Shown: one piece after another, positions 1 to 13,224 of the stretch | Layout of the letters: each line of letters starts with the position of its first letter | Numbering within the stretch: the first letter of the stretch is position 1 | Assembly (NCBI RefSeq): GCF_006345805.1 | Contig: NC_043002.1 | Span: 32,116,001 to 32,180,000, forward strand | DNA from: Octopus sinensis | Taxonomy: Eukaryota | Direction: 5' to 3' | DNA length: 64,000 bases | Notes under the pieces: model-generated | Databases searched by the model: none | What the model was told of the DNA's origin: nothing | The model's input: only the letters and a program-made list of their open reading frames with translations | Program-made: the position numbers and the translations under genes

Positions 1-239
1 CGATGAGGGTCCCAGCTGATACGATCAACGGAACAGCTTGCTCGTGATATTAACGTGCAAGTGGCTGAGCACTCCACAGACACGTGTACCCTTAACGTAG
101 TTCTCGAAGAGATTCAGCGTGACACACAGAATGTGACAAGGCTGGCTCTTTGAAATGCAGGTACAAGAGAAACAGGAAGAAAGAGCGAGAGAAAGTTATG
201 GTGAAAGAGTTCAGCAGGGTTCACCACCACCCCCTGCCG
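1..239 (+). mobile_element. Fragment of an interspersed repeat (probable SINE or LINE 3' part), cut by the window edge
   Basis: Non-coding segment, GC-richer than its flanks, that I recall as a common octopus repeat. Family not assigned. Confidence 0.4.
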
Positions 240-1601
240 CAAGTAATAATAGCCTTATATTAAGACTAAGCGGAAAAGTTATCTTTTTTTCGTCGTCAAT
301 GTTAATATCATTCGGATTGAACTCAGAATGTTAAGTGATGTAACTAAATGCTTCAAGCATGTTTTTTAATGCCGTTGCAACACTTACGCTCTTAGTAATG
401 GTAAAACATAAATTATTCTCATTTTAAAGTCGTTTTTCAAATATGTTCAATTATATCATGCATTGCCTCGTGTTTCCTCGTTGAAATACCGATGACTAGT
501 TTTTAACTATTTCCACTTCCTCCAAAAACAAAAAAACAAAATGGCAACGATAAACTGGCGATGTGTCAAACATCCATAATAACTTCCTTCTTTACGAGAA
601 TAAATAAAATGGAAATCTTTGTGCCTGCTTGAAAGGAAGATTATAATATTTCAATAAAAGTAATATGACCAAAGCACCAAACTTACAAACCGAACGAAAC
701 AAGGTGAAAGGTGAAACATAAACTTCAGATAATATAGGGATAGATCTTTGATAAAAATTGTTTAGAGAACGTGGGTGGAAACTGTTCAAGGAAAAGTGTA
801 AAGTTTCGCGTCATCGTTTTTCTTCTTTTTTATTTTCTAACATTAAAAATGTTCTCTTCCTCCCATTCTCTTATTTATACTATCATAGTTTCTCTTTTAT
901 TTGCATTTTCTCTATATGTCGCTCGCTCCCCTTTTTATCTTTGTTCCTCTACTTCACACTTTCCATCTGTGTCAGTTTAAATGTTTCATGAAATTTATAC
1001 AAATTTAAAGGGTTTAAGTCTCTAAGATAACGAATATGGTTTAATTGTATATCTGTATACATAAACAATCGTACATGTGTATCACAGAATGTGTCTATGT
1101 GTGTGTGCATGTGTCTGTAAATGTGTATGTAACTATGTGTGTACGGACTGTTAAACGTTTCGTTTACAAACGAGGAAAAGTACTAAATACTTAAAAGTAA
1201 ATTATATGCATTTTATCACAACTTGAATGTGCTAAAATCAGCTTTGAGCTCCACGTTACCACCAATTGGAACGATGGAAGTAGAAAAGTAGCGCGACAAT
1301 ATATAAAGAAAGATATTTGTAAAGACGTTGAAATATAATTTAGTTATTGAGATTTGGTTGGTCGCCGAAAAAGCATTAGAAAGGCATCACATATTCATCT
1401 GTTTTATTGTGAAGTATAGATCACGTGATACATACATGCAAAAATGCCTTCATCACCATATGTTTAAGAAAGACAAAATATCCAATTGATTAGTGAGATT
1501 AGAGAATATGTATTCACACACACATACATGTATATACATACATACGTATGTGTGTGAGCGTGTGTATGCGTGTGTAAGCGCTGTTGATAAAGTTAGAGAG
1601 A

Positions 1602-1745
1602 CATCCCCTAATGGAGCAACGATGTCAGCATGAATGTCCTTGGTGGCGAAACCCTTTTACTACAATTACTTGACGACAATATGTTGTCAAATTTTGTTCA
1701 TTGTCAAGAGAAATCGCTGCGAGAAATTTTTGAAGTCGTCTTTCG
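1602..1745 (-). mobile_element. Mariner transposase N-terminal remnant
   Basis: Minus strand reads MNKI*QHIVVK*L**KGFATKDIHADIVAPLGD, which resembles the start of a mariner transposase HTH region. Several stops. Confidence 0.6.
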
Positions 1746-2031
1746 AATGTTAGATATCAGTTTATATGCAAAGAAACAACACAGTTATTAATAAGAGGAG
1801 TCGAAATTATTTCATGCAAGATTTCACAGCTCTAGCTTCACTTCTTCATAATTAGCCTATGAACTTTTCATTCCATCCACCAACAGTTAGAACTCTAAAT
1901 TTTTTGGCAGCAATTTATTCAGCAGCTAATATTATTCGCCGGCTGTAACGATTATCGAATAAATAACTCTCCGGAAACTCAAAGTTCTGAATGTAAGCGT
2001 TGCATGCAGGTCTCATTTTAATATAACTATC

Positions 2032-2264
2032 AATTTCTTTACTACCCGCAAGGGGCTAAACAATGAGAGGACAAACAAGGACAGACAAATGGATTAAGTC
2101 GATTATATCGACCCCAGTGCGTAACTGGTACTTAATTTATCGACTCCGAGAGGATGAAAGGCAAAGTCGACCTCGGTGGAATTTGAACTCAGAACGTAAA
2201 CGCAGACGAAATACCACTAAGTATTTCGCCCAGCGTGCTAACGTTTCTGCCAGCTCGCCGCCTT
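2032..2264 (-). mobile_element. tRNA-derived SINE, family A
   Basis: Minus head has A-box-like ggcgagctggcagaa and B-box gagttcaaattcc, then core gtcgactttgcctttcatcc...gataaattaagtaccagt. Homologous to 8953-9150 and 29687-29915. Confidence 0.85.
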
Positions 2265-2276
2265 TAATATAAATAG

Positions 2277-2420
2277 CTATTATATAAAATCTGTTCTGTC
2301 TGTCTGTCTGTGTGTCTTCTAGGATCTCGGGCATCCTCCATCCGATTGCACTCAAATTTGATATGTAGATACCGACGGTATCAGGGCGTCTTAAGAAAAT
2401 TACAAAAATCGATTCCAGGT
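2277..2420 (+). mobile_element. Possible non-autonomous Helitron/HINE-type 5' end
   Basis: tatataaaatctgttctgtctgtctgtctg...atctc...ccgatt...aaatttg layout resembles non-autonomous rolling-circle elements. No matching 3' end located. Confidence 0.35.
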
Positions 2421-2968
2421 GAGAATGCGATCGATAAAGTGAATAAAATAGTTTTTCTTTGGAATAGAAAAAAAGGCTATCTTTATTTCTTCTTCTGCTG
2501 GTGTCTCATATTTAGGTTAAATCAGGGTTTCTCAAAGGGGAGGCCTGTGGGACGGTCGGACAAGTTGTTTTGAGAAAATTTGGCTTAATGTTTGACAACT
2601 CGGCATTGTCCATCGGATGGGGGGGGGGTTATATATGAATATGCACATATATATGAATATGCACATATTCATATTTCCTAAACTGAAAACGGTGACTCGA
2701 TGTATCCAATGTTTATTTGCTTCCATTACTGGCTGCATATTTTGGTGAACTACATCTACCAACATTGCTATAGTTCTGCGTGCCTCCAGAAGAAGTTGTC
2801 GGACTTGTAACACCTTCTCTGTTAATTTTCTCTATCGTTTGTACTCTATGTAAGTTTGATATATTAATATATAGATATCTATATATTTATGCCTAAATAC
2901 TCATCGCCTGAATGTCTTCATTCTTTGCTTTCTTTCTGTTTACACGTACACACACATACACACACACG

Positions 2969-3013
<45 letters not shown>

Positions 3014-3495
3014 ACATACAAACACACACACTCACACATTAGCATATGTAACCCAAGCTGATATATTTAATTTGCTCATCATCATAATTCTTTCTCTTTA
3101 TATATATATGCATGCACACATATATATAACATATGAAATATTTCATATCACAGTGAATTAACCAAAGATATGTACAGCATAATGATACCCCTTATATATC
3201 CTAGAGTAGCGGGAGTTTCACCCTATTATACTGTGTGTATGTTTAGTCTGCCAATATACGCAAGCTCTGAACAGAGAGCAGCGTGAGAATGTTCCTTATC
3301 CGTTGTCTCATTCATAAACAAAAATAAGTTATAGGAATGGTTGAAATAAATAATATAGAACAATCATAGTTTTGTTGTTATTGTCTGCCTTCTGATTATT
3401 GTTAAATTTATCTTTGTCAGTGTTGTTGTTGCTGCTGTTGCAGCTGATATATTTGTACTGCTCTTATCTCTTGTCTTTATATAAATACGTGGAAG

Positions 3496-3540
3496 ATATA
3501 TGTATATACAAAAACATACAGAGTAGCCTCCAACACAAAC

Positions 3541-3585
<45 letters not shown>

Positions 3586-3649
3586 AATACATTAATATAT
3601 CCTCTCTCTCTCTATCTCTCTGTATATATATATATATAATATATATATA

Positions 3650-3692
<43 letters not shown>

Positions 3693-3812
3693 TATATATA
3701 TATGTTAAACATGCTTACATATATGTATATACAAAAACATACAGAGTAGCCTCCAACACAAACAGATATATATATATATATACATAAATACATTTATATA
3801 TATATATATATC

Positions 3813-3830
<18 letters not shown>
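3496..3830 (+). repeat. Local tandem duplication inside a (TA)n region
   Basis: atatatgtatatacaaaaacatacagagtagcctccaacacaaac occurs at 3496 and 3719. Each copy is followed by acataaatacatt...cctctctctct. Confidence 0.9.
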
Positions 3831-3859
<29 letters not shown>

Positions 3860-4447
3860 GACATCCTTACATACATACGCACATACATACATACTTTCGT
3901 ACATACATACATACAAACATACATACATACATACATACATACACACATACATACATACATACATACATACATACATACATACATACATACATACATACAT
4001 ACATACATACGTAAGAAACGATGCGTATTAACAAAAGAAAAAACTCAAACACATTGGGGTATCATATATAATATAGGAGCAGCTGGAGAGGATCCCAGAT
4101 CAGTGTTCATAACACTAATATAAATTGGTGAACTCCAAAGTTAGAAGTAAGAATAAATAATGGAGAGGAATAAATAAATACAATTTCATAGAGATAAGCT
4201 GTAGAAGGAATTAAAATATTTTTTGGTCGTGTTGCAAACATTCTGATAAAGCAAAGATTGAATTACTAGTTCCTTTTTTTTTTAAACTTTGAATCAAGTT
4301 AATAACAAACTGCATTAGAAACACACACACAAACACACACATACACACTCATGCATGAAAAACACAACATATATATATATATATGCACTAGCGTATGTAT
4401 GTATGTGTATGTTTACACACTCATATACAGGTACATTTATATACATG

Positions 4448-4518
<71 letters not shown>

Positions 4519-5583
4519 TGCATGTATGTATGCATGTATATAAATATGTTTATACATATACACATACATATATATATATGTGTGTATATATGAATGCAGT
4601 TTAAAGCTCTCAAACTGGAAAATGGTAGAGGATATTAAATGTTTCGGACATGTTCCTTCGTCGGATACTTGAAGAAAGTCTAGGGAACAGTGAGCACAGA
4701 AGAATGGGTTGCATGAAGCTAACAAGGTGAACAGAGCTAGGTGAAAAGTCATGAGGCTTATGTTCACATGTTCGATTGCTAACTATCCAGAAGTTTATCT
4801 GTCGTGACTCTCTAAGTTTGCTTGCAGTGGATGGTTGATATTAATTGGTTATTAAATAACCGGCATATTGACAAGTTTAGTTACGCTGTTATGATGTACT
4901 ACATAACATATTTGTAGGCCTTTTAGCCAACAATGTATGCAGCGTAGCAAAGAAACGAGATAATCTTCACACGCCAGAAATTTAATGTGCAATCTAGCTA
5001 CCATGAATGTGTTAAGTAGAAAAATTGTCTATATAACTTATTTTAATCTTTAATATTATTTGGTTTTTAAATTGTATGTTTCTAGACAGTTACAAGTAGT
5101 ACACAGCTACTGGCAAATATTCCAAAAAGATTGGAATCGTATCTACTGTCGTCCTCACTTTTTATGTCTACACACATGTACACATTGTTTTACTTTGATC
5201 GTAACAAACTGTTGGTTCACAAAGTTATAGTTATGTTTTATAATACTCTATAGCATACAAACTGCATGTCAAGCCTGAGCGTTCCACATTTTAACAATAC
5301 CACCACTTAAACCAAGGAGGTTGTTTAGCGGAGCATGCTCCATTGCAAGCAACAGAAAGAGTAAATTAGAGCGAGTTCATAAAAGACGATTATGAATAAC
5401 CGTTGGTAAACTATTTCCAAATGCAAAATTTCTAATCAAAGATAAATGTTTACAAATGGTGAATCTTCAAAGCAGATGTAATGAAATTTAATTGAGTAAT
5501 CATTAAAGCGACGTTAAATTATACACTATTAATATAAAATTAACAGGATCACAGAAGCCTCAAAAGCCATGTGTGCTTATTTT

Positions 5584-5749
5584 AGCCAATCAAGAAATTT
5601 AACCAACCAGATAGTTCAAACAATCGAAAACTATAGCCAATCAAATAGTATAGCCAATCACAAAATTATAGCCTCCATTCTACCGTTTGATTATTTATAC
5701 AGAAAAACCGCTGCATACTTCCATCTGTCTGCGATTATCGGCTACCATA
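5584..5749 (+). promoter_or_regulatory. Candidate Pol II promoter (three CCAAT boxes plus TATA-like box) and short first exon
   Basis: AGCCAATCA at 5584, 5635 and 5652; TATTTATA at 5692; donor-like gtaagc at 5750. Confidence 0.3.
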
Positions 5750-7019
5750 GTAAGCTTCTTTACGTTAGCTTTGGTATTGTCGCCATAGATTTAATTTATA
5801 CCAGTTTAAATTTATGTACTTCATCTAATTTCTATCTTTTCTCATGTTCATAGATCTCTTGCACACGTTTATCTCAGCATAATAAATTCCTTTAACATGA
5901 GTATTATCTAAACTCGTTATCTATTTAACATTGCAAAACGCTAACATATATAGGTGCATTTTGCACAACACATTTTATAACGGACGTTACCTAGCTCATT
6001 TTTTGTGTGTACATTATTGCTTACTTATTTTTGTATGTCTTGTCTTGATTGATCATGTAATTGAAGATGAACAATATTCTATCTTAAATTCTGCTCCTTA
6101 TGTTCTGAGTTAAAGTTTCATAGAAGTCAGTTTTTGCCTTTCTTTGTAGTGGGTTAATTAAAATAAAGTACGATTCAAGTGCAGGCAAAGATATAATTCA
6201 CTATCGTCTTTCCCCAAATTTCTAACTTTTTATATGCAAGAGATCCTTCTTGTTATTCTTGGGTGCCTGAATTATACTTTTACAGAATTGATCTTAGTAT
6301 CAGTGGTGTTATTAGTATGAAACTAATATCATCCCAACATTATCTAACCAATAAGCATTAAACCATCACCAGCCACATCCTACTATCACTTCAAGCGTGC
6401 CTATTCCGTCTATTTGCCGGCATAATCTATCTACAACTTATTTTAAGATGAAATGGTTTGCTTGAAGGGGGATTTGATTGCTAACTCTAATAAGACGAGC
6501 GATTATGAAAGTCATAGATAGAATTACATACATTATCTCAACAACATTCTCAGCAGACGAAGATTGCATATTAAAGGCAGAAAGGAAAGAAACCAAATAT
6601 GCTAGATATTTAGAGTATGTGGAAGAACTCCATTTGACCTGTGACACAACATATTTCTACAAACATTACACATGTTCAAGACATATATTAATATTACTCG
6701 AGATCTTATTGTGTCTACCACGAGCCAGAACTAATAACAAAACAATGCAACTCACAGGCTACATATTCGAGAAAGCAAAACTATTTAAAGTGCTAGTGCA
6801 CCAAAATTCCACGTCAACAATCTGTGTGAGTTTGTCTATATATATAAAGCGTTCCTAAATTCCCAGATATAATTAAAACACTTCGCGGAAGCAACTGCAA
6901 AACTATCCCGCAAAATAGTCACAGTCTAGATAAACATTATTACAAAAAACAAACAAGCATGCTCACTATAATATAAACAATATCAGTAACCACATAAAAC
7001 TTCCAAGAAAGTAAAATGA

Positions 7020-7399
7020 ATACAAGGTGTCCCCAAAAGATTTACCCATTCATATTTCTTAATTGTTCAGAATAAAATTAAGTGAGGATAATGAAATTTG
7101 GACACACGTTCAAATATAAATTGTCAATCCATCGCACTAATTACATTCTAAAATGATTACCTTTCGTCTTGATAATAGCCTCCAAGCAAATTGTCACTGA
7201 GCTGCATGTGCGCCGTATCAACTCTTCATCCATCTTGACCCATGAAGACAGAAGATCTTACACATTTGAATAGGAGTGAGCAGACACATAACTCTCTAAG
7301 ATGAACCAGATAGCAAAGCCCATGGGACTGGCGTCTAGACGTCTGATGGATGCCAAATCGTCTTGTCCCCAAAACAGCTGAAATACTCTTTGCACAACC
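7020..7399 (-). mobile_element. Tc1/mariner 3' remnant (maT/DD37D-like)
   Basis: Frameshifted CKEYFSCFGDKTIWHPS / SPMGFAIWFILES...LEAIIKTKGNHF* matches a WPPSSPDxNPxD-type C-terminus. Terminal TA-caaggtgtcccc at about 7021. Confidence 0.7.
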
Positions 7400-7742
7400 A
7401 AACGTATATTTTTTAACAAATGCATATATCTCACAAAATTGAAACTTGGGTAATGCTTAAAATATTAAAAACAGACAACACATGCAAGTATGTGGAAAAC
7501 GTTGATTCGTTTATTACAATCTTTTTCTGGAAGCAGTCAGTAGTCCAAGTCAAAACTGAAGTTTTGCCATAAGTACAATGGTATATTTGTGTTTGGTATT
7601 TAGAAAATAAGATATATTGAGGCTGTTGTTCTCATCAGTGAGATATATGTGAGAGCAAAATGTATCTCACTGATGTTCTTGGGTATAAAATCATACATAT
7701 CCATTCAACACTTTTCGGTCTTCGTTATAAGTTCATCTACGA

Positions 7743-7777
7743 ATGCGTTGCGAACAATCATACCTGAATAATTTATT
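7743..7777 (+). CDS. Weak candidate exon (MRCEQSYLNNL, ends in phase 2)
   Basis: Acceptor ttcgttataag at 7731 and donor gtaagc at 7778. Start-codon context is weak. Confidence 0.2.
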
Positions 7778-8952
7778 GTAAGCAATTTAGAAATAAATAA
7801 CAATTGAAATCTCTGTAAGATTAAAATAAATTGACCTTTAGTGAATTTAAAACATGTTGAGACTTGGAGTATATAACAAAATTATTCAGTATAATACTTC
7901 TGGATATGATGTTTTCATTTGATCCAATGATATCCAGTGTAAAGAGAATTTTGGATATGTAGAAACAACTTGCTTAGAGTAGCAGAGACAGAGGCAATAT
8001 GTTGCGTAGTTTTTCAAGCTACAAATTGAGGATGTGCTACTGAGAGAGAATCTAAAATACTGTAATATTTAGCAGCTGGTAATGGGATTGTCCCGCAGAA
8101 TTCTCGATTTTATGCACAGACTTTCATGAACTATACAGTTATTTAAACTTGTGTTCACATAAATACATCTGTGTGTATGTACGCATGCGTGTTGCGTATC
8201 AGACAAGGTTAAGCATTTGTAAGCAAACGTTTGAGGCGAGAAGTATTTTGAATATTTCTCTAAAGGCATTTTCTTAAAAGCTTATCATAAACATTATGAT
8301 ATACAAAAGAAAAATATCTAAAGAATTTATTGCCGACCAATTTCCGCTAGGTGGCATTTTTGTTAACCACAATTCCCACAATTCCATGTAACCATCTGTT
8401 GTATGTCAAGAAGACATCTGTGATCTGTTCACATTTACACTGAGCTGCTAACTATATTATCTCAGAAGTGTCTTGTTTCCAAAGTGACGACCATATTCTT
8501 TTATTCTTGATATTCTTTTATTCTTGGATATTTTCTCTGGTTCTTATTGCTATTGTTTTGCTTCGAAATTTTTATGTTTTACTCTATTCTTATGCTTTTA
8601 AAATTGTAATTGTTGTTGAGTTAGTTGTTGTTGCTGATAATGTTCGTTTTGTTGCACATTTGCTTAATTTTGTAGTTTAAACCTCCTTAGTAACAATTCC
8701 ATCGAAAGAGATGACTTTTTGTGTTATTGTTTTACTGGTTAATGCTATTTTTGTTGTTGTAGTTGTTGTTGTTGTTGTTGCTGCTGCTGCTGCTGCTACT
8801 GCTACTGTTGTTCTAGTTATTGTTGTAGGTGGTAATGTTAATGCAATTGTAATTCTACGGTCTGCATGGAATGTTTCATGTCTCCAGAGGTATATGACGA
8901 AACCTACACAGGAACCTCAAATATAATTTTCTGTCATTATTGATATACATAT

Positions 8953-9150
8953 AAGGCGGCAAGCTGGCAGAAACGTTAGCACGCTGGGCGAAATGCTTAG
9001 CGGTATTTCGTCTGTCTTTACGTTCTGAGTTCAAATTCTGCCGAGGTTGACTTTGTTTTTCCTCATTTCGAGGTCAATAAATCAAGTACCAGTTGCATAC
9101 TGGGGTAGATCTAATCGACTGGCCCGCTCCCCCAAACTTTCGGGCCTTGA
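8953..9150 (+). mobile_element. tRNA-derived SINE, family A
   Basis: aaggcggcaagctggcagaa...gagttcaaattc... Homologous to 2032-2264. Confidence 0.85.
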
Positions 9151-9156
9151 GTTTGT

Positions 9157-9348
9157 TTACCAGCCACATGGGTCCGGTTCAGTTTCACTGTGTGGCACCT
9201 TGGACAAGTGTCTTCTACTATAGCCTCGGGCCGACCAAAGCCTTGTGAGTACCTTTGGTAGACAGAAACTCAAAGAAGCAAGTCGTATATATATATATAA
9301 TATATATATATATAGGTATATATATATATATATATATATATAGGTATA

Positions 9349-9384
<36 letters not shown>

Positions 9385-9624
9385 TGTATGTATGTATGTA
9401 TGTATGCATGTATGTGTATATGTTTGTGTGTGTCTTAGTTTGTCCCCCCATCATCGCTTGACAACCGATGCTGGTGTGTTTATATCCCCGTAACTTTGCG
9501 GTTCGGCAAAAGTTACTGATAGAATAAGTACTAGGCTTACAAAGAATAAGTCCTGGAGATTTGCCCGACTAAAGGCGATGTTCCAGCATGGCCGCAGTCA
9601 GATGACTGAAACAAGAAAAGAAAG
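9157..9624 (+). mobile_element. tRNA-derived SINE, family B (CORE-like), with internal microsatellite
   Basis: accttggacaagtgtcttc core, (TA)/(TATG)n at 9285-9432, tail ccagcatggccgcagtc...tgactgaaacaag. Confidence 0.85.
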
Positions 9625-9729
9625 TATACTTATACTCTTATTATTTATTTGCTTTTCTGGCAAAATAAATAAATAAATAAATGAATAAATAGATGATGAT
9701 GATGATAATAATAATAATAATAATAATTA

Positions 9730-9796
<67 letters not shown>

Positions 9797-9798
<2 letters not shown>

Positions 9799-12558
9799 TT
9801 CTCTTTATCACAGGTTTTGTTGGAGCCCCTGGAGTCTTGTATGCGTAGCGGGCTTACCACATGCAGTCTACGGTACCAGGCTATTTGTTCTTTTCAATTA
9901 CCTAATACTTTCCTGATTATTCTGGCCGTGACAAGGAGGCTACCTGGTCGTGTCGACACAACTTGTAGTTGTTTTGAGCAAGTCTAGGTCATTCTTTCGT
10001 GATATAGGCAACGGTTTCGTCCATTCTATTGCAGATGCGACACAGCGGAGACACTTTTTCATTCCTCAGGTTGACCCTCCAGTACTTCACCTAAGCTTGA
10101 TCTTGTGCTGCCAGTATAGTACTCTCGGTCTCTTTTTCAAGGGTTCCTTTCATCAGCCAATCCCACATATTTTTTCCAGTCACTTCTGTTGTGGATAAAT
10201 GGAATTTATTGTGTAGTCCCTTCTTGCGTAAGTCTTCTTCATGTCCTTTATGTATTTCTTTCTTTGTTTTCCTTCTTTTCTCTGTTCTCAATATTCCTCC
10301 ATTCCTAACTGCCTCTAGCAAGGTTTTCTTCCTTTGGGCTAGGTATCTCAATAAGCTCTCGTGTTCGATACGTACGCAGTCTTACACACTTATCAGTCCC
10401 TTTCCTATATTTACTCTCTTCATTTATAAGCGATCGGTGTCTGCACGCGGATGATGGACTGCATGCATCGTTTGGAACTTTCTTGAATTCTTCTTTAGCT
10501 CCTTCTCTGTCCACTTCAGGATTCCAGCGCCATAACGGACTACGGTGACTGTGCGCGAGTTTATTGCCGAAATTATGTTTCTGACCTTGGGCTTGGGAGT
10601 CAAAATTTTCCTCAGCCGCCGCAGGTACTCTCTTTTTGTCATGTTCTTCCTGTCGTAGTGTCTCTATTGTCATATCTTTCCAGTTATGCTTTAATCAGTT
10701 CTTCCGATATCACATCATAACTTTTATCTCTTATTTATATGTACTTTTTTATGCTTTTGTTCCGCAATCTTTTGTGAATAGCTTCAGGTCGTCCATGAAT
10801 AGCAAGTAGTTGGGTTTTCTATTACCTCTTCCAAAAACATAGTCCAACTTTGTTTTCTGTAGCATTTCATTCAAGGGGATCATTCCCAGCACATAGATAT
10901 GTGGGGACCCACTGTATCTCTGGAAGAAACCTCTCTTGATTTTCACCTCTCCTAATACTTGATTCCCTGCAGTCAATTCCGTTCTCCATCACTTCATGCT
11001 ATTCCACATAAGGCTTCTCATATTTTCTTCTGCTCCATAGATTCCCGTTAATTTCATTATCTAGGAGTATAGTATCATATCGTATGCTTTACGATAGTCA
11101 ACTCATGCCATGCTCAGGTGTGTGTCTTCTCTTGCAATTCTCCATAGTTAGATTATCAATTAAGACCTGATTCTTCGTTTCCCGTCTCCTCTTTCGGCAC
11201 CCCTTCTGGTCATTAGGTAGCAGACCACTTTCTTCCAAATATCTATACAGTTCACCTGACATTAGTTTCCTTTGCATCTAGTATCATTGTAACGTGTAAT
11301 TGCCCATCTAATTTCTGAAACATTTTCAGCTGATTTGCTTCAGACAATCTGTTATGTCTGAGTTGCTTTGTTCTATTGTCATATCTTTCCAGTTTTGCTT
11401 TGATTGTTATTACTCTGTTTCAGTTCTTCCGATATCACATCATAACCTTTATCTCTTATTCTTTATGTTCTTTCCAGCATTATTCTTATACTTTCGTCCT
11501 GCAGTTCCCCACTTCTCAGTCTATCAACTTGTCCTAAATGTCATTTTAACTTACTGTGTTTCTCACAAATTCGCCTACGCCAGTATGGTTATTTACGTTC
11601 TGTTTATTCTTTTCTTTTGTATCCAACTCTATATGCACGAACCATAGCTTCAGCCCAAATAATCCTGTTAGTTTCAGTAATATTTCTCATTTGGAATAGC
11701 CCAAGAATCAAATCTATCTGTTCGGTTTCATTGCGTCGGTCAATGTACCTCAGATTGGGGTGGGGTGCTTTATCCTGGTCTTCTCTAATCATCACTATGT
11801 CTTGTTGGTCATCAACGTATTCCTGTGATATGCTTTGATAGCTCTTCATATTACTTCTGTTTCATTTGCAGAGGATGCATTTACATTTATATTTTGCTCT
11901 ACGTCTTCACTGCCGCCTTTCACTTTCTCTTTCTCACTGGGTACATTATCTGTTGGTGAAGTATTATTTTTATCTTCTACTTACTTTTTTATCTCTTCTA
12001 TTTCTATGCCTGTTAAACTCCCTTTTACTCCTATTGCTCTTGCCTGGCCGGCTAGCCGTTGCTCACTTGTTTCGAAGAGTCCTAACGCATTCCATTTTGC
12101 TTTCATTCGTTGTCGGAATCCCCTTCTGATGGGTTCACTCCTAACCCAGGATTCAATTACCGTTCAGTTTGCCTCCTTATCCCATCTTCTTTTCTGCGTC
12201 TGGATTTGTTTACAAGCAGTCTCTGGAGGACGACCGGACCAGCGCTGCTCAATCACAGGGCACCTGCCTGGCAAAAGGCTTTCTCTTTTGTTTCCATCCT
12301 CGTCAATACTGTTACTGTATACATTAGTATTAGGCATTTTCACTCAACACTGAGATTTTTGTTTTAAGGTTAGCTACCTTCATCCCAGGCATGGAGCCAT
12401 TGGACACTGACAAGCTGTTGTTACCTTGTGACTAAGGGATCCTATCTAACCCAGTTTTAAATCAGACTTTTGCTTCTCAACAGACTGCAAACCAGGACTC
12501 ACGCGTTCTGTCTACCCGTGTTCGGAATGGGCATTGACTCTTCTGAGTTCCTCTGCAC
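9797..12558 (-). mobile_element. R4/Dong-like non-LTR retrotransposon, internally deleted and decayed
   Basis: RT motif FMDDLKLF at 10788-10799; REYLRRLRKIL...INSRTVTVVRYGAGIL thumb region. The 3' end directly abuts a (TAA)n array. The 5' leader is homologous to 45686-46388. Confidence 0.85.
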
Positions 12559-13224
12559 TTTAGATATCCAACACCAAACCTTTCCCGAACTTGTGCCAAA
12601 ATTTAAAATCAAGGTTAAGACAAAAATATTTAAAATACAGTGAGGTGCAAGACGTATTTTATTGACAGCAAAGAAATTACAGCCGGGATCTGAATCAGAG
12701 AAATGTTCCCAGGGCATTTGAAAAGCCGCGAAATGTTTATGGACATATACCGTACAAATAATTGGTTTGGAAACGAAAGAAGGGAGTAATATGTTCAGTA
12801 GGGAAGTCTTCCATTTAGAAAGAGCGGACTGTGTAGAAAAATATGGAAAAAGATTTCAACCCAAAGGTGTATGTGAAATTATATATATGTGGGGGGGGGC
12901 CTGTGCGCGTGTCCATGTGTTTATATGTGAGTATGTGTATCATGTGTGTGTGCGTATGCGTGCATGCGTGTGTGCGCGTGTGTGCGTGTATGTGTGTGTG
13001 TATGTGTGTGTATGTGTGTGTGTGTGTGTGTGCGCGTGTGTGTGTGTGTGTGTGTATGTGTGTGTGATATCATACATCATATGCGGTTCACCGATTTCAT
13101 CCAAGAAAGCTGAGGTTTAAAATAAAACTTCAACAAAAAGCAGAGTAAATAAATTGCATAAGAAAGAAGACTTCACACACTCAATGAAATTATATTTTTC
13201 AAAGTGCTTGCGTGTGTGTTTGTG

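Noticed and set aside
6478-6858. 126-aa ORF in non-repetitive sequence
   Set aside because: No recognisable motif or convincing splice structure. Possibly very old transposon debris.
8380-8900. Minus-strand frame that looks like a poly-Q protein with TAA/TAG in Gln context (alternative genetic code or pseudogene)
   Set aside because: Any stop reverts to Gln or Arg with one change, so the pattern is circular. Mixed CAA/TAA/CAG/TAG arrays are common in this window.
12560-12860. Open frames on both strands next to the Dong 5' end
   Set aside because: No family motif and only weak donors. Cannot be supported as an exon.
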